62,751 bases of DNA, filler included, from Sphacelaria rigidula (GCA_964200075.2; 11 parts of 11 records of this genome joined end to end with filler, not necessarily neighbours in it); one strand, 5' to 3'. Positions 48,241 to 62,751 are shown, counted from the whole stretch's first letter. Numbers and translations: made by a program. Notes: generated by a model from the letters alone, not told the origin.

Positions 48241-51200
48241 CCGGAGTGCAGAGGAACAACACAGGAGAGGGAAATGGGTACGTGATCGCGGAGTCTAACG
48301 GCAGAGCGCGGTAAAGCAGTCAGTTATTAGCTACGGTGAACCTGGCGTGTTATCACAACACGGGCACATTTTTGCCTCGATTTCGGGGTGAAAAAAGGGA
48401 CGATAATTGGCCCCAAAATCGTGCGTTCGCACATATACCCTTTGGGGGGAACGGAAGGCTAGGAATTCTCCGAAACAGTTTTAGGGCGGTCGGGAGGGAT
48501 GAGGTCGTCCATATGAAAGTCATTTGTCATGACTTTAGGTCACGGAAAGCACCGCCTTTGAGATGAAGCTCATATTTTTGCCCAACCCCACTTTTGAGAA
48601 TCCGCTGGTCTCACCAGATTTTCACGTGACTACGTTGCCTCGTTTCAGTGCACAAAGGTTTCCACCATGTCCTTCATGACTGCGCCTTCGTTGTTATCAC
48701 GGCCAAGAAGTTTGGACGTAAATAGATGTTTGCCGTTTTCATTCTAGATGGACGACACCACATCGCGAGTGCTCCTTGGGATGAAGAGCTCCTCTGTGTT
48801 TGCTGATGCCCGTATCATTTCCCGCCTGATTACGAGCGATCTTGTTGCCTTGCAATCGCTTCAAAGTACACTAATAAAATCTATGGAGTCGACCCTTCTG
48901 GTACGGACAGCCAGAGGTGCGTTGGCATAAATTGCGATGGTTGCGAGCGCCAGAGTTCGCGTTATTAGGATTTTAGTGTTGGGTTCGGCCGTTCAGAGCC
49001 TGAAGGAGGGGTGCGAACGACCGTGCACAGCGGCGCGTGTTTTAACCATAATGGTGGAATGAATTGTAATCCACGCGGGAGCAAATCGAAGTGTCCTGCG
49101 ACGTTTCAGCCGGTTGTGGTAACCCGAACACCGTGTAATGTTTACCTCAAATCGCTGTATTGCGGAAAAATCAAACACCCCCGAGCAACAAGGCTAGTAA
49201 TAGTACATCGATGCACTGAACCACGATCCCGTCATTTCGGTCATATTTGGCCTCGCTCGAACGGTGCAAGGAAATGTTTCACCGCTATGGTGCGGCAGTA
49301 CATGAAGACCACGGCCCCAACAACCCCGCATGGATTTTGATCGACTTGATCATTGGTTTGATCAACGTGTTTATGTTGATCTAGCTACAGTAAGTAGTTC
49401 TCGAAGATTTACGTATTTACGGTGCGCTGTTAACCTGTGCTCTGCAAGCGTATGCGTTGCCATTGGTGCACCGCACGAGTGTGACTTCTTCAACTATGCC
49501 ATCCTGGTGTAGAGGTCGTCTACAGTAGATCATTTGGGCCTTTGCATGTACCCCTTACCCCCCCCCCCCCGCCCCCTCCCCACCTTCAGCACGTAGATTT
49601 GTCGTCAAACAGCCAGAAACCGCAAGTTCTTGCCCCCTGGATGCACTGCAGCTCGTACATAAAACCCCGCCCCGTTCACTAGAGAGAAGGTGATGGCATG
49701 TGGTTTTCTTGTTGGATATTTTTTTCGCGAGGATAAATCTATATGGGGGGAAAATCCTGCTCTACTGCTGATGTCGTCCACAGTGTTCGGGAGCTTTTGG
49801 ACATGGAGGATGTCACCCGGATCATTCTCATCGATCTGCTGGACTCTCCTTCACTACTCTTCTCTAGAGGTGGGCATCGGCAACCGAAAAAAACGGATAC
49901 CGGATAGGCGGCGTTATTCTCAGAATAAAACAAACGCTCAAACCGTTTTTTTCAGCCGGTTTAACCGGTTCACCGGGAAAAAAACTATTGGACCTGATGA
50001 ACAAGGGAAATCGCCTCTAAATCATTGAAACGCAGGTAAATTAGGCATTGTTGTCGCACTTTCCGTGTGTGGTGGGTGATTGACACACTCAAACACACCC
50101 ATTGCCGGTAACGGCTAGGTTAAATAAGTCTCACACCTCCACACACGTGCAACACCTGTCGTACGTACAGCACACGGCTGCTGACGCTGATTTTATGCTT
50201 GATGGGAAATGGTGTTGGTGATTACCTGAAGAGCTGCTGTTCGAAACTGGAAACTGGCATGACAAAATCGACGAGACACTTAACACGAAATACTACCTTG
50301 ACCATGTGAACAGTCTCGGGTGTGAGTAATATTGTGTCTGAATAGTCTCCGGTGTGAGCAATAGCGTGCAAGCCAACATAGGGTGAAAGGGAAACCTCTG
50401 CACCCCACACCTTGCCCACCCCTGCAACCCAACGACCGAAAATAGAGGGAGGAAGCAGGGGTAATGCTCCCCCTCAACGTTTCATGGGAGAAGTGTACCG
50501 CCTCCGTGTCCAAAAACAACGAAGCAGCGTACAGCAAAAACCCACACTGACGCTGCAAATCAAGTAGACAACCACGCGATGGCGCCTTCTCTCTGGGCAA
50601 TTTTGCCCGTTCTGTACAGAATGAACCATGGCGCAACAACCGTACAAGAGCGATAAGCGACAAAACATCGCATCAACTTACATCGAGAAGAAACACCGAC
50701 GGCTAGGTCAAACTCCTTCCTGTTCGACGCGATGTTGAATCAGTGTTCGGTGTATCGCTTTTTGATGGCTGTTACAAGGACTGCTCAGGATTTAACTCCA
50801 AGTACAAAGACTGGTCATAATATACACCGCACCAGGGGTGCACCAAAAACAAATCCCGCACGCCTATGTGCCTATTTTATATTTTGGATCTCTCAGGGGG
50901 GAGAGGGGGTAGGGTCCTGGACCACCATCCCCCCACCCCAAAAAAAATAGGAAACCAAGACGAAATACTGTCCATAGCTGAAGGCGCGGGGTGTAAGACA
51001 AAAGTAAGAGACCTGATAGAAATAAGAGGAGAGAAAGAGCACCCAAACGCAAGGTAAACGAGGAAGAACACCTGAAGATATACGGGTGGTTGAGAGAGGG
51101 GATTGGGATGAAAACATATCTGCATGGCCCCATGGACGCGGCGAAAAAATTGAAACTGCGATTTCGGGTGGAGGGCCTGGACTTGCCAGAAAGAAGAAAG

Positions 51201-53330
51201 AGATATACCAGTAGTTGAAAGGACGAGGAAATTGATGGACAGAACTGCCTCTGTGGCGAAGGAATAGAGAGCAGAAGTCATCTAGTGGCAGAATGTGAAC
51301 TATACAAGGAGGAACGGGACGTACTNNNNNNNNNNNNNNNNNNNNNNNNNNNNNNNNNNNNNNNNNNNNTTAATTAATTAANNNNNNNNNNNNNNNNNNN
51401 NNNNNNNNNNNNNNNNNNNNNNNNNGTACTCACTGGTACCCCCCCCCCCCCCCCCGTTGTGTTTTGTCTATATTGTTGTTGCACAATTTCGTAAAACCGG
51501 GCGAGAAACCGCGTCCGTAGGTGCTTCAAAACCTGCAAGAGACAGCAGGAGTGACGAAACCATCTACACACCTCAAATCACCGTTGTTTGTTGCGGATTT
51601 TCTAGCGCATGCAGCCCATCCCGTCCTTTCTTTTTCGACCTGTCTTGTTCTTGATGGGTCTCAATATTGAGCGTGCGAGCGGAGGTAATATCGAGATTAC
51701 CTGCAGGATGTCAGACGCTTGGCAGCAAGCGTCAAGTTCTGTGGTACTTGCTCGTTTTTTACATCATTTTACATGCGTATCCAGTAATTTTCCGCGATCG
51801 AATGTTGCGTGTGCCTAAAAATTGGGGGCGAAAATAGAACCCCTCGTGGCTGTCGGCCACCAAAATATTCGACTCAAAGGTGAAAAAAACATTGTTTTTC
51901 ACGGACTCTTTTTCTACTAATCGATGCTATTCGTCGTCCACGGTTGTTTTGCGCCTGCAAGTTTATGGAACGGGTCTGAATATTGGGCGAATGATGAGCG
52001 AGGTATAGTAGTATTTCGAGAAAGTGAAGGTCTCGCTCGCTCGGCATTTTCTTGACTACTACTACAGTACGGAGTAGTAGATTTGGTAACGAGTAACTGT
52101 GCAGGTGTCATACTTTGTTTCGGTGTAATCTTGTCTAGAACGTAAAATCGGCCAAATAAGAAGAGCTTTCCCCCTGCACTCCGGTTTTTGGGTATTTTTT
52201 TCTGTTGATATACGCGCTCTATTTCGTCTTAGTAGAAAACGGTGCATACCACCGTCGAGTTACATTTTCATCACCCGGGGTGGTACATGAAATGGGAGGG
52301 GGGAGTGATGAAATAGGTACCCCTGCTCAGTAGTGTAGTTTCTGGAGTGGCGCCAAACATTGCCGAAAACTCATTGCCCGGGGGAGAGGGGGGTTCACGG
52401 AGGGGGGTGGTATGCTACGTACGGGTTACATTCAGCGCATTGTAGAGTTGACACGCACCCGAGAGATTTCCTTCCGCACAAGGAGCAGCGACGCGTACTG
52501 CGGTTTCTACTTTCAAAAGGAGAAGATCGCACGTCTTGTTCACATTCCACGCCTTTCTGTCGTAGCGCGTTGCACAGTTAGGATTTAACGTCTGTGAAGT
52601 ACACGTGGGCAAACGTCACATTCGCTTCGCTTCGCTTCGCTCTGCTTTTGCTTCGCTCAGCTGCGTCACCCTTTTGAAACCAGTACGCGAAAACTTGCGC
52701 TTCCGAACGTGGCCGCCCGTTCCGTTCGCGAGGAAATCTCCTAAAAAGCCCATATGCGTGTCGGCTATTCCAATCGGAAAGCTCTGCTGAATTACATATT
52801 TCACGTCATAATGTTCACCGAAAGTGTATCACCTTCCTTTGTTGTATACGAAATACACACATATATGTATATATATATGTAATGGCTATTGTCTTGGTAT
52901 GGTATGTTTTTGTTTTTTTCTTGTTTTCCGTCAATGCCTGCAAGTTTGGGCAAAGCAACGGTACGGATTTGGTCTCAATATTGTTCCTTTCCTCCTCCAT
53001 TCCCCCCGCGGCACACGCACACACCCGTCCAGCCAGTCCTGCGTTCGCGACTTCACCGTGCAGAAAGTGGGCCCACGGCATATCAAGTAGGGTAGGGTTG
53101 GAGCTCAGCCGAGAAGATTACTTGACGTCAACGGACATACCCTTCAATTCGGAGACTGTCCTTGAACTTGAGCGTAGCGACAACAAAGACGGTCGATGCA
53201 AGCGTAAGGAAAACCCACGACTTACTCCACCACAAGAGCCTCATGCTTAATACATGATGATGCTCCATGCTGTTTACGGTGCGTGGCCTTTTCTGTACAC
53301 ATATCCTCGCACGCTTGGCTGAGACCCCAG

Positions 53331-53624
53331 GCTACCGCCGGTAATGACAGCGGGACGCAGCCGCGCTCAGACGGATATAGGACGGTCATATGGCTTTCGG
53401 TGGCAGCTTTCGTGATAGCGATAGCAGTGGTGTGGGGATACCTGGAAATGAGCGGCAAAAACGGCCGGCGCAAGAACCTCGAAAACGGCGGGAGAGGCCG
53501 GGGCGGCGGCGGCGGGGGAGCCTTGGGGGAGTGTTCGCCTTGGCGGAACGGCAGCGACGCTACGGAAGGACGTCGATTGAGCTCGCAGTACGAGAGCATA
53601 TCGGACGTTTCTCCGAGGATTTAG
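53331..53624 (+). CDS. Probable terminal exon with one transmembrane helix (possible upstream exon ~53064-53202)
   Basis: CCCCAG acceptor at 53330; VIWLSVAAFVIAIAVVWGYL followed by basic residues; stop at 53624. Confidence 0.5.
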   Translation, partial: ATAGNDSGTQPRSDGYRTVIWLSVAAFVIAIAVVWGYLEMSGKNGRRKNLENGGRGRGGGGGGALGECSPWRNGSDATEGRRLSSQYESISDVSPRI

Positions 53625-56600
53625 TGCCTTTCGACTGTAGGAGATTGTTCGCTGGGTGTTCTTAGAGTTGACAGTCTTTAGGGCGGCGTTTAGTTTTCAC
53701 GAAGGATCGGTCGTGAGTCATGTAGGGTGTAAATAATGAAGCCCGCCCCGTTCTTCCTCGATGATGAAAGGGCTACGGCTTTCTCTTGGTTTTCTGATTT
53801 TCCGGAGGCCGTAGCCAAGCAGCCTTGATTTTGTTTTCACCAATAGAGATCCCTGCATTGGCACCAACCGTTGCATCTTCGACAACAGCTCTCCTCCTGT
53901 GGATGAGGGTTTGTCTCCCCTCTGTACGGGTGCTTTTCTTGACAGTGCGGGAGGTTGTACTTTTCAGTGGAAAGTGAATCGAGAGTTGAATACGTTCATC
54001 ACTGAGGGTACTTGATCTACACTATTCTGATGCTGTCGTTCTTGCTGCTGCTGTTGTCGGGTCTTTCGCTGTTGGTGTTCGGTGCTTTGCCTCTCTCATT
54101 ACGGCCCATGTCGTGGGTTGCCTGCTTTCAAGTCTTTCTTTTTGTGCTTCACAGCCGTTGTGTTGTGGATTTTTTTGTTGGGTTTCGATTTGGAGTTGTC
54201 TTCGATGTTGGACCGTTTTTTACTAGAATTATCCTGAGATCAATTGTTATGTCTCCTGCATTTTGCTTCACTTCAAGATGTAAAGGTAGTTACGTGGAGT
54301 AGTGTACGCGCGGATTCAGCAATAATACAGTCTTGCATGTTTCGAAGGAAAAGCCTGTCCCACAAACGGGGTTACGTTTCTGTTGATTTGACCGCGTATT
54401 CTCTCTCCCCCCCCCCCCATCACATCATGGAGTTGCACTCCGTGTTGTCTCCGTATCTCTGGCACGGTACCGAAGTAGAGCAATTTTGCGACAAGGGTTT
54501 ACGCCGATACTACGGTGTGGCGAACACACGACAGTGCTCCAGTGTGGTCCACACCAAACGCCTCCAATAGTTGATTGTTAGATCTCGGTATTCACAACGA
54601 AAATCACGTGAAGAAACGACGGGAAATATTCAGAAAACTTCAATTGCAGGGGATTGTAAGATCCCCACAGAGGACCCTGGGTGAAGCTCTTCCACCTTGG
54701 GTAAGGGGGGGGGGGAATTTCGACCAAACTGTCTGCTGAATATAGTCACTGATTGTGCGACATTGTGCGAGGCCATGAAGAGCATATTTAGAATGAATGG
54801 CCATCATAAACGTGTCGATACTTGAATATCGTAACTGTGTACCTTCAGAGTTTTAGTCGTTGGTCGTTGGGCATCATACGTATGGACCCTGTTCTTTGGG
54901 GGGGAGGATTCATACCCACCGTACCGTGGGATGGCTCCTCGTATGGATATTAGCTACAAATGTTCGACAGGTTAGGCTCAATCTCGATCACATCTGTGGT
55001 CAGAGCGATACACTCATCTCTTGATACACATTATCTCTTGATGTCTACAGTAGATAGATTGCGAAGAAGAAATGGCAGCATAGTCTTGGAGACACGGGTA
55101 AATCGTAACTAAAACTACCTTCGACAACGGTTGGGCCTATAAAGGGTGCTTAGATTAGACTGCTGTTTTAGCCACCTCATTTTTTACAAGTTTGGCGAGC
55201 GGACGTAACAGAGACATGGCGGTATAGAAAACACGTTTCTTCCATCGACGTATGGTGGACAGAAGAGGGTGTTATATCCTGTTTCTACGCGTTACTATAC
55301 TATCCGCCACATACCACGCATATGGGGGATGGGGGGTCGGGAATGAGGTACATGTAGTGTGTTGTTTTTTCGACCTTGGTTCAGTAGGCCCAGTGTTGAC
55401 GGTGTTGTAAATAGCTATGCGTTCTGTGTGCGCTAGTTTGTTGGGATTGAACGTGAATGAGCGCTGGGAAGTCAGGGTGGGTGAAGATTGATGCTCTTTT
55501 TTTCTACTTGCGGTTATTCTACTACTGTTGTTCCAGGTCTTGACGTGCCGAGATGGAGGTGTAAGAAAGACGGACATGGGAGTGAATCGCAGGAGTAAGA
55601 TTTCAAGGTTGATTGTTGGTGGTTGACGGTTTGCCCTTGGGTGGGTTAGGAAAGCGCCGGACCGTGTACGTTACACGCACAACCGTATTTGGCTATGTCT
55701 CGTGAAGTAGTTTTGTTGAGTTTTCGCGCTTTGGGTGGTCGATGATTCGTTCCAGGGCCACGGAGTAATTGGAGATGCATGCGTGGTGTCGTGTGGGCTG
55801 ACTGTTGTCTCTGTTTAGGACTGCCATGATGCTATTCTTTAACGGGGGTCTTTGGTTTGGAGATATACGGTGCCAGGGAAGGTTGCATTGTCCATGTCTT
55901 CAGTAGTTGTTTGTGTACATACAGGTTTTTAGTGCTGCAATGACCTGTTATGTGTTCACCGCCTTTCTCATGTTGTTCCTGAGCTACGAGGCTTGCCATT
56001 CCTATTTGCACCTATCTTCCAAAATCCGAACGGTGCACAGGTTTGGTGCTTTGAAATGACGACTCGAAGCAATCACATGAGAGGTCGAGGGAATAATCAA
56101 GGACAAAACACAGACCGTAGTAGCGAGGGCAGTCATACACTTGGGCTCGCTGTTTGTGCGGCGAAAAGTCCATCTCAAGAGTATGCCGCTTGCGTTGCAA
56201 GCTGCAGAGGCAGTGTATGTATCGATACCGACCTGTCACTTGTACCTGTCTGTACATCACGGAGCAATAGCTGGCAAGTCCTCATCACTTCCTCGTTCAA
56301 CCATACTCGCCCGTAGTTTTCAAGTATTATATTTTAGTACGGTCGTAGTATGGAGCCGGCGTATGTAGTAGTCAGCATCAGAAGCCTGCGGAAGTCATTG
56401 TTGTTATAATTTTTGAGTTTTCTCAAGCATTGTTCTTCATTGTTGGTGCTTGAAAGTGCTAGCGTCGGTACATTGAGGGGGAAAGCGTAGGCCGCGCTCA
56501 ATTCACAGTGCTCAAGTTGGTGTTTTTGGGGCGATACGGACAAGGTACCACGTTTATCAGGAGAGTGTTATTGGCCGTTTTTGGTCCAACAAAACCAGTT

Positions 56601-57219
56601 TTCCGGCTCTTTCGCAACGAAACGGTAAATGTTCAGATAAACAAATATGTATAAAATTCTTCGAAATATCCAAGATAGTCTTTTTCCCCTACACTGCACA
56701 GACCTCAGTCCAGCATTTTCCGCGGATGACTTCTTTTCGTTTTTTTTTTTCGCATACTATTCTCCATAAGCAATCGAAAGTGCTAGCAGCGTCGACAGTT
56801 TTGGCAGAATAAGCAAATCGTGCTCAAATCACAATGCCCGAGTTGGTGTTGTGGGGGCGATACGGAGTAAAGACCCCGTTTGCCGGGGGGGTGCTTTTGG
56901 CTGTGAATGACTAATGCCGAGATAGCCCCCCCCCCAAAAAGTGCACCGGCACCATCCAACGAACCGGCTGCGATCCCACCGTTGGGCTCGTTTGCAGCTA
57001 TTTCGCCCACATTAGAGGCGAGTAGCAATCCGAAATCANNNNNNNNNNNNNNNNNNNNNNNNNNNNNNNNNNNNNNNNNNNNTTAATTAATTAANNNNNN
57101 NNNNNNNNNNNNNNNNNNNNNNNNNNNNNNNNNNNNNNTGTTTCGTATCTTCCCTGCAATGGAAAAATGCGACTTCAACCTCATTTTTTGTTTCAACCCC
57201 AAAAATTAGGATCCGCTTT

Positions 57220-57585
57220 TTACTGTCGATGGAGGAAGAAAATTCCATCGAAAATATGCTGAAATTTCCCGCAGCTCGTCAACGGGCCTGAATAGAGATG
57301 GCCTGAAACAGGCGGTGATGGCACTCTGCAGCGACATCCGACCGGTGCCGTGGGACCAGACAGTAACCTCCGGTTGAAAATGGCTCGAGTTGTTCCTTCG
57401 GGGGCACTCACGCTTAGGTGAGCGCAGCAACCGCATTTACAAGGCCGACAGGGTGGTGCGGCCGACGAAGAAGATCGCATGCCGGAGTTTTATGCGGCCT
57501 GTGAGGACTACGTGGACAAGAAGAAGCCAGCACCCGACCTCAGATGGAACACTGACGAGATGGGTGCTTTACAGTCTGCCAATAG
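57220..57585 (+). pseudogene. pogo/Tc5-type (CENPB-HTH + DDE_1 start) transposase relic
   Basis: Across frames: LSMEEE..IE...GLNRDGLKQAV...KWLELFLRGHSRL.ER...EFY...PDLRWNTDEMG, matching W..F..RH..L..R and IWN.DE.G. Confidence 0.75.
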
Positions 57586-58313
57586 CCGTTGCGTTTGTAT
57601 GGTACAACGCATGTGTCTAGAGCTAGAGCCAGGGGCTGTTGCTGTGGAGTGGTGTTCGTCTGTTCTCAGCTATGCTGCGTTTGAAACGGTATTAGTCTCG
57701 CCGCATTCTCGGCCGACAAAGCCTCTGGGGTTTACCTGCTCATTGCTGTCTCGGCATGTTCTGATGCTTGCACTTACGCTTTACGAGTATTGAGGTACTG
57801 CCTACACTGTGTGCAGGGGTGTTGCATGTACCGCATTTGGTGCTCGCCGCTGTCTGCGAGCTGCGCCTGACGTTCTCGTATTCATGGTCAATGTCGGTGA
57901 AACGTTTGTGTGTAGGGAGGAGGGGAGGAGAGGGCGGGGGGGCAGGAAGCGTTTTTCATTGCAACTTGGTCACATCCGTCGAGCACCAACTTTTGCGAGA
58001 AATGTGTCGGAACTAATTCCCCTTGGTTGAGTAGCTCAAAACAAATAGAAAGCATAGAGCTTTGCGAACGTGTGCGTCGACTTCGGCGTTGCCAAACACG
58101 ACTAAGAATGCTCAAATTTGTTTCGAAAAGCCGGGGACAGGTGACGTTTTTTCCCGAACTGATTCTCTTCCCTCTTTGGTGCCGGAAAGTGATGCGTTGT
58201 GATGAGTTGTGATGCATTGTGATGCGTGAAAGTTTGTGTCAAACGAAAATACCTGGAACGTCCTACCTCTATTTGTTCCGTGTGCGTAGTCGTTGTCGAT
58301 TCATGGTGGTTAG

Positions 58314-58950
58314 GGGGCATCACTCAACGTGCGTCATCGTACCTTCATCGTAACGCATGGACACCAAATTTTGGGAGATTACTGTCAAACCATATTTCGT
58401 TGGGTTAATGAAGGAGAAAAAGAGAAAAACGTTTTCGTCGAGTACTGCGTTGCCCATCACAGACACAATGGCCAAATTCGTTCCGAGAACTACGGCATAG
58501 GCCATTTTCATCCCCGCATTGTTATTTATTTTTTCAAGCGGGTCCTCCTAGTCTCAAAAATATTTGTTCCAAAACAGAAGGTCTGAAACGTCCCAGGTGT
58601 TCCATTTTGGTACTCATTTTCGTTTTCTGGTGAAAAATGACGGATATGGGGGCATCACTCAACGTGCGTCATAGACTACCTTAATAGTAACCGATGAATA
58701 CCAAACTCTGGGAGATCACTGTCAGAACGTATTAAAAATGGGTTGAGAAATAACAAAATAAGAAGAAAATGTTTTCGTCGGGTACGACGGCGTTGTCAAA
58801 GACCGACTTGAAGGCGAAATTCGTTCCGAAAGCCAGGAGACAGGCGATTTTCATCCCCTCATAATATTTGCTCTTGACTTTTTTTCTTCAAAACGGACCG
58901 CACTAATCTCATGAACATTTGTACCAAAGGAGAAGGTCTGAGACGTCTAA
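58314..58950. repeat. Tandem duplication, 2 x ~335 bp, diverged
   Basis: GGGGCATCACTCAACGTGCGTCAT...GAAGGTCTGA.ACGTC begins at ~58314 and ~58649. Confidence 0.85.
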
Positions 58951-61444
58951 GATCGCGAGAAATCAACGGCTGCGTAAAGTGTACCGTAATTGAAGCAGGG
59001 GATGTTTTGGCTCCATTTTTCACGTCAATAGAGCCATACTCTACATCTACTCCTGCAACTTGGTTTGATTGTTTTCAATTTTAAAAATCTTAGGTGATGG
59101 AAGATTGAATTGCCTCTCTTCCGGTACTCTGGAGATCGTTCTACGTGTAGTGTCGTGGTCTCCACGAACCGGAGTTTTTCCTGTCAGGTGCCTTAGGCGT
59201 ACCTTTATTGGTACATTTACCTCTATCTGTTTTACCGTAAATCGTGTTCGATAGTGATATCGATAGGTTTTTCCCCGTGTCTATTTTTGAAACAGTCAAC
59301 TATTATTTTTGTGTCCATTGTCCGGAGTATGGTGATTTGTAAAGAAACACGTCGCATTTCATCAAATAGAGGTATTTCAATGCGAGATTCCCCGTATATT
59401 CGATTGTATATCACCGTGGGATATAGTGGGGACCTTGATCAAGTTGGGGATACCTTTCTTGACTGCAAAGGACAACGGTGACTGTGCACACGATGATACA
59501 TCCGACAGTCTGACTTTTCATTTTGTGGCGTTTTGTGTTTTTTCCGTAATTGGCCATTTTCTTGGGCTCTTCCCGCTTGCCATAGCTTATTATATTGGGG
59601 ATCTGAAGATATTTGCATCCGCTCCACATTCCAAGAAAAAAGTGCATCTGTACTCATCCTTGAGTAACTTATGGGCTGACCGGTCATCGGGGGCCCTACC
59701 ACCTTTGAGGTCAGGTTCTTACTCTCGGGTACTTTCCGTCAATCGAGCCTATCCCGATCATATTTGTGGAGATATATACGTTTTTTTCATTTCACCTACT
59801 CATTTCACCATAGCCGAAATCCTGTATTTCACGGTCAAAAACACCCTCCTGATAAACGGGGTATTTCCTCGTATCGCCCGATAACACCACGTGAAACTGA
59901 CTTAGGCACTGTGTTTCGAGGATAATCTTCTATTCATTGTACCAAAATCTACCGATGCTAGCAAGATCAAGCTGTATCGAAGAGTCGCGAGCTGTCATGA
60001 AGACGCATATTAGTCTGTTGATGCCGCTTCAGACCCGTTGTCGATTCTAGCCATGGCGTGCTTTTGTTCCGGAGACTACAGGTCTGTTCAGAGTTGGTCG
60101 GATACGAATGTGAACCTGTATAATCACAGGAATGATACGGGCTTTGCTCGCTGTGACCACGAACAAACCCCCCCTCATGAGCACAATCAACTGCTCCCAT
60201 CTGCTAGCCAGCAAAAGGAAGTCTAACCATCGGTGAGAATATTGGCTGGTCTGGGTTGGATTGCTTGAGTGGATATCGGAGTTAGAATCAAGATAATTAA
60301 GACAGAAGTCAAGAACCTATTGCATGAACCTCAGCTGATATTTGGATACTGAGCAGGTTACACGGTATCTACAAGTTGTAACAGCCTGGCGGTTGTACAG
60401 TTGCCTGCCAAGCTTGTGCTCTGGGTTGCAAGCTGTGTCCTTGCATTATACTGCCGCTTGCTCTTTATGACAATTGGCGTCGATAAACGGACCTTGCTCT
60501 GCTTGGTTGGGAGTCTTTTTGTTGCTTGGCGTTGTGTCTTTCTGCAGCTGTAGTGAGTAACTCGTTTTTATTTTTCTGCGTGTTTTTTTACTTGTATTTA
60601 GTGGGGCGCCCCTGGTCTATTCTGACTGTCGTGGGCCTCAGCCCACTCTGGGCTCGGTTGCATTGTACAACTGTAGTGAAGACTGCTGTGCTTTGCCCCC
60701 GCTTCGCGCATTTAATGATACGAATTTGCCGATCCGTTGGTACACTGCTTGTAGCTGCTGAGCGATTTGCTGTAGCTGCCCTTGATCCTGTTCCCGCTTG
60801 TTTCTATCCGCGTGAGTGCCATTGTGACGCACTTTGTTGGTTTCCCGACCACGCGTCGATTTGGCCGGAACTGCGTTCAACTTCCGCCTTGTGCATGTAG
60901 CCAACCGTAACTCTGTCTCACTACAGTGTGTCCACTCTGCCTTCAAACAAGTATCGCACGTGCCACTGTGCCATGTGCAAACTGTGTGCCCGCCGATCTA
61001 TTACATCGGTGGTGGTTGATAGTTGGTTTTGATGGCTCATGCTGTAGTAGCATATGGTTGATTTGCTTTGTGCCGAATTAAAACGCCCCCCTCTACCTCG
61101 GCGAACACCCCAAATATTAGTAGATGCGCAAACCCCCCCCTCTCCCCCCCGGGCGCCCTTTTGTGTGCTGCGGTACCTCACCGCGCAGCATGGTTTTAAG
61201 GTGTGGGAAGCTGAACCGTCAGTCGTGGAGACTGTAGCTTCCTCCTGTAACAGCACACGCATGTAATACCGGCCGTCGCGTTGTTGACGTTGGCACAAAT
61301 GATTCGAGTCTACCGTGTTTGATTTCCGCCATTCTTGGACAACGCCGCCTGACCGATTCCTTGTCATGGTGCATGTTTTTGTTTTCCGTCAACGGTACTA
61401 CGAGTTGAGCCTCTTTTCAGGACTCGCCTGAAAATTGACGAATT

Positions 61445-61705
61445 GTGGTTTTAGCGACAAAATTTGCCTTCGGATGTAAGCCCACGAGTTTTGCGTGACC
61501 ACCCCCTCGATGTTTGCTCACATCACCTCAGTCAGGCCTGATTGACCTTTTCCTGTATTTACAGATGACTCCCTTCGGGAGTACTGTGGTTTTAGCGACA
61601 GAATTTGCCCTCGGATGGAAGCCCACAAGTTTTGCGTCACCACCCCACGATGTTTGACATCACCCCAGTCCGGCCCGATTGTGCTTTTTCTTGTAGTATC
61701 AGATG
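61445..61705. repeat. Tandem duplication, 2 x ~140 bp
   Basis: TGTGGTTTTAGCGACA.AATTTGCC.TCGGATG.AAGCCCAC.AGTTTTGCGT occurs at 61445 and 61586. Confidence 0.85.
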
Positions 61706-62751
61706 GTCCCCGCCCCTTGTCGAGGAAGGAGAAATGGCCCCGTAACCGCGTAGGGTTTTCTAGCGCCCTTCGTCCCCCCCCTCATCAGTGCAAAGTATAA
61801 TCTTTTGCTGTATTGTGGAAATAGTACTCGGGCTCGAACATTTTTGCCTTGTAGAAGAGACGCCTTCGGACACAGCCCACGCGCCCGTTCCATATGCCGC
61901 TGCCCAGGCTGCTTCCCAGCACCCCCCCCCGATCTGGTCAGATATCAGATCGTAGCCCCCCAACACCGGTGGTATCGTAGGCCTATACTTGAGTCGATAG
62001 GACACAACGTCCGCATCCCTCGGCGATGCGGCGAGCGATGAGCTCACCTTGGTGGATTTCAGAACCCCTCAATCCGATCTGGCCAGATATCAGATCATAG
62101 CCCCCCCCCCTCCCCTTTGCTACATTGTAGCCCCCCCACAGGTTTTGGTGCCATGTTTCTTTGTGCTGAGTTCGCCTTCTTGGTGACTGTTTCTGGTACC
62201 CGAAGTCATCTTTCTTGTCGCTGTCGCATCTTTGTCCGTGTCCCCTGAGCATCTAGTGTTTTTTTTTCTTGTCTTCGAGGTTTCTTTACGCGATGAGAGG
62301 ACTGTAGATTTATTTAGTCCAGCCTCCCCGCATGTTTGGAATTTTGATGACTAGTTCTCTGGGTGTGTTTGTTGTTGTCACTGCTCAACCCCCTGCCGCC
62401 AGCCAAGAGAGCTCGCCGCACGGGAGTATTCCCTTACATCGTCTTGTTGCACGGGTCCTTGGTTACACCGTGTACTGCCAATGATACCGCCTTTGTTGTA
62501 GGCCGTATTTATGCCCGACGACTGTTTCAGGTTGAAGTGAGCTCCTGCATTTCGACAATTCATCTGGATGTGTTCGTTTGTTTGTTCTACCCCTATCCTG
62601 TGGCGCAGCCTGGTCAGCTGGCGGCACGGGTGTGTTCTCTTGTGTCGTTCCGTTGCTCGTGGTCCAGTGTTCCCCTGGGAATGATCAATCATACCGCCCT
62701 TGTTGTAGGCCGTATTTCCGCCGGACGATTGCTTTGAGTTGGGTATTGCGT

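Noticed and set aside
54400..55900. LINE reverse transcriptase relic on the minus strand
   Set aside because: Only faint hints (LYRP.., TQG..) and no recoverable catalytic motif. Needs a frameshift-aware search.

Overview
This is eukaryotic, repeat-rich DNA, most likely from a stramenopile such as a brown alga (inferred from intron style, TE types and the GCPW ankyrin family). It is not one locus. Ten identical 100-nt spacers (N-run, TTAATTAATTAA, N-run) separate 11 contigs of 5614 or 5613 bp, which indicates size-sorted unplaced contigs, so adjacency across spacers means nothing. Main contents: (1) a decayed Ty3/Gypsy LTR retrotransposon whose integrase tail carries a chromodomain followed by a PWWP/Tudor-like module; (2) a decayed tyrosine-recombinase (Ngaro/DIRS-group) retrotransposon with split direct repeats, whose right end abuts a second, unrelated YR pseudogene, plus the 5' end of a relative on another contig; (3) the 3' exons of a TBC1D13-like Rab-GAP gene; (4) an intronless F-box-like + 25-aa ankyrin-like repeat gene; (5) many MITEs, including several CA...TG families with 8-bp TSDs, tRNA-derived SINEs, transposase relics and orphan exons. 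No prokaryotic operon, CRISPR array or rRNA was seen.
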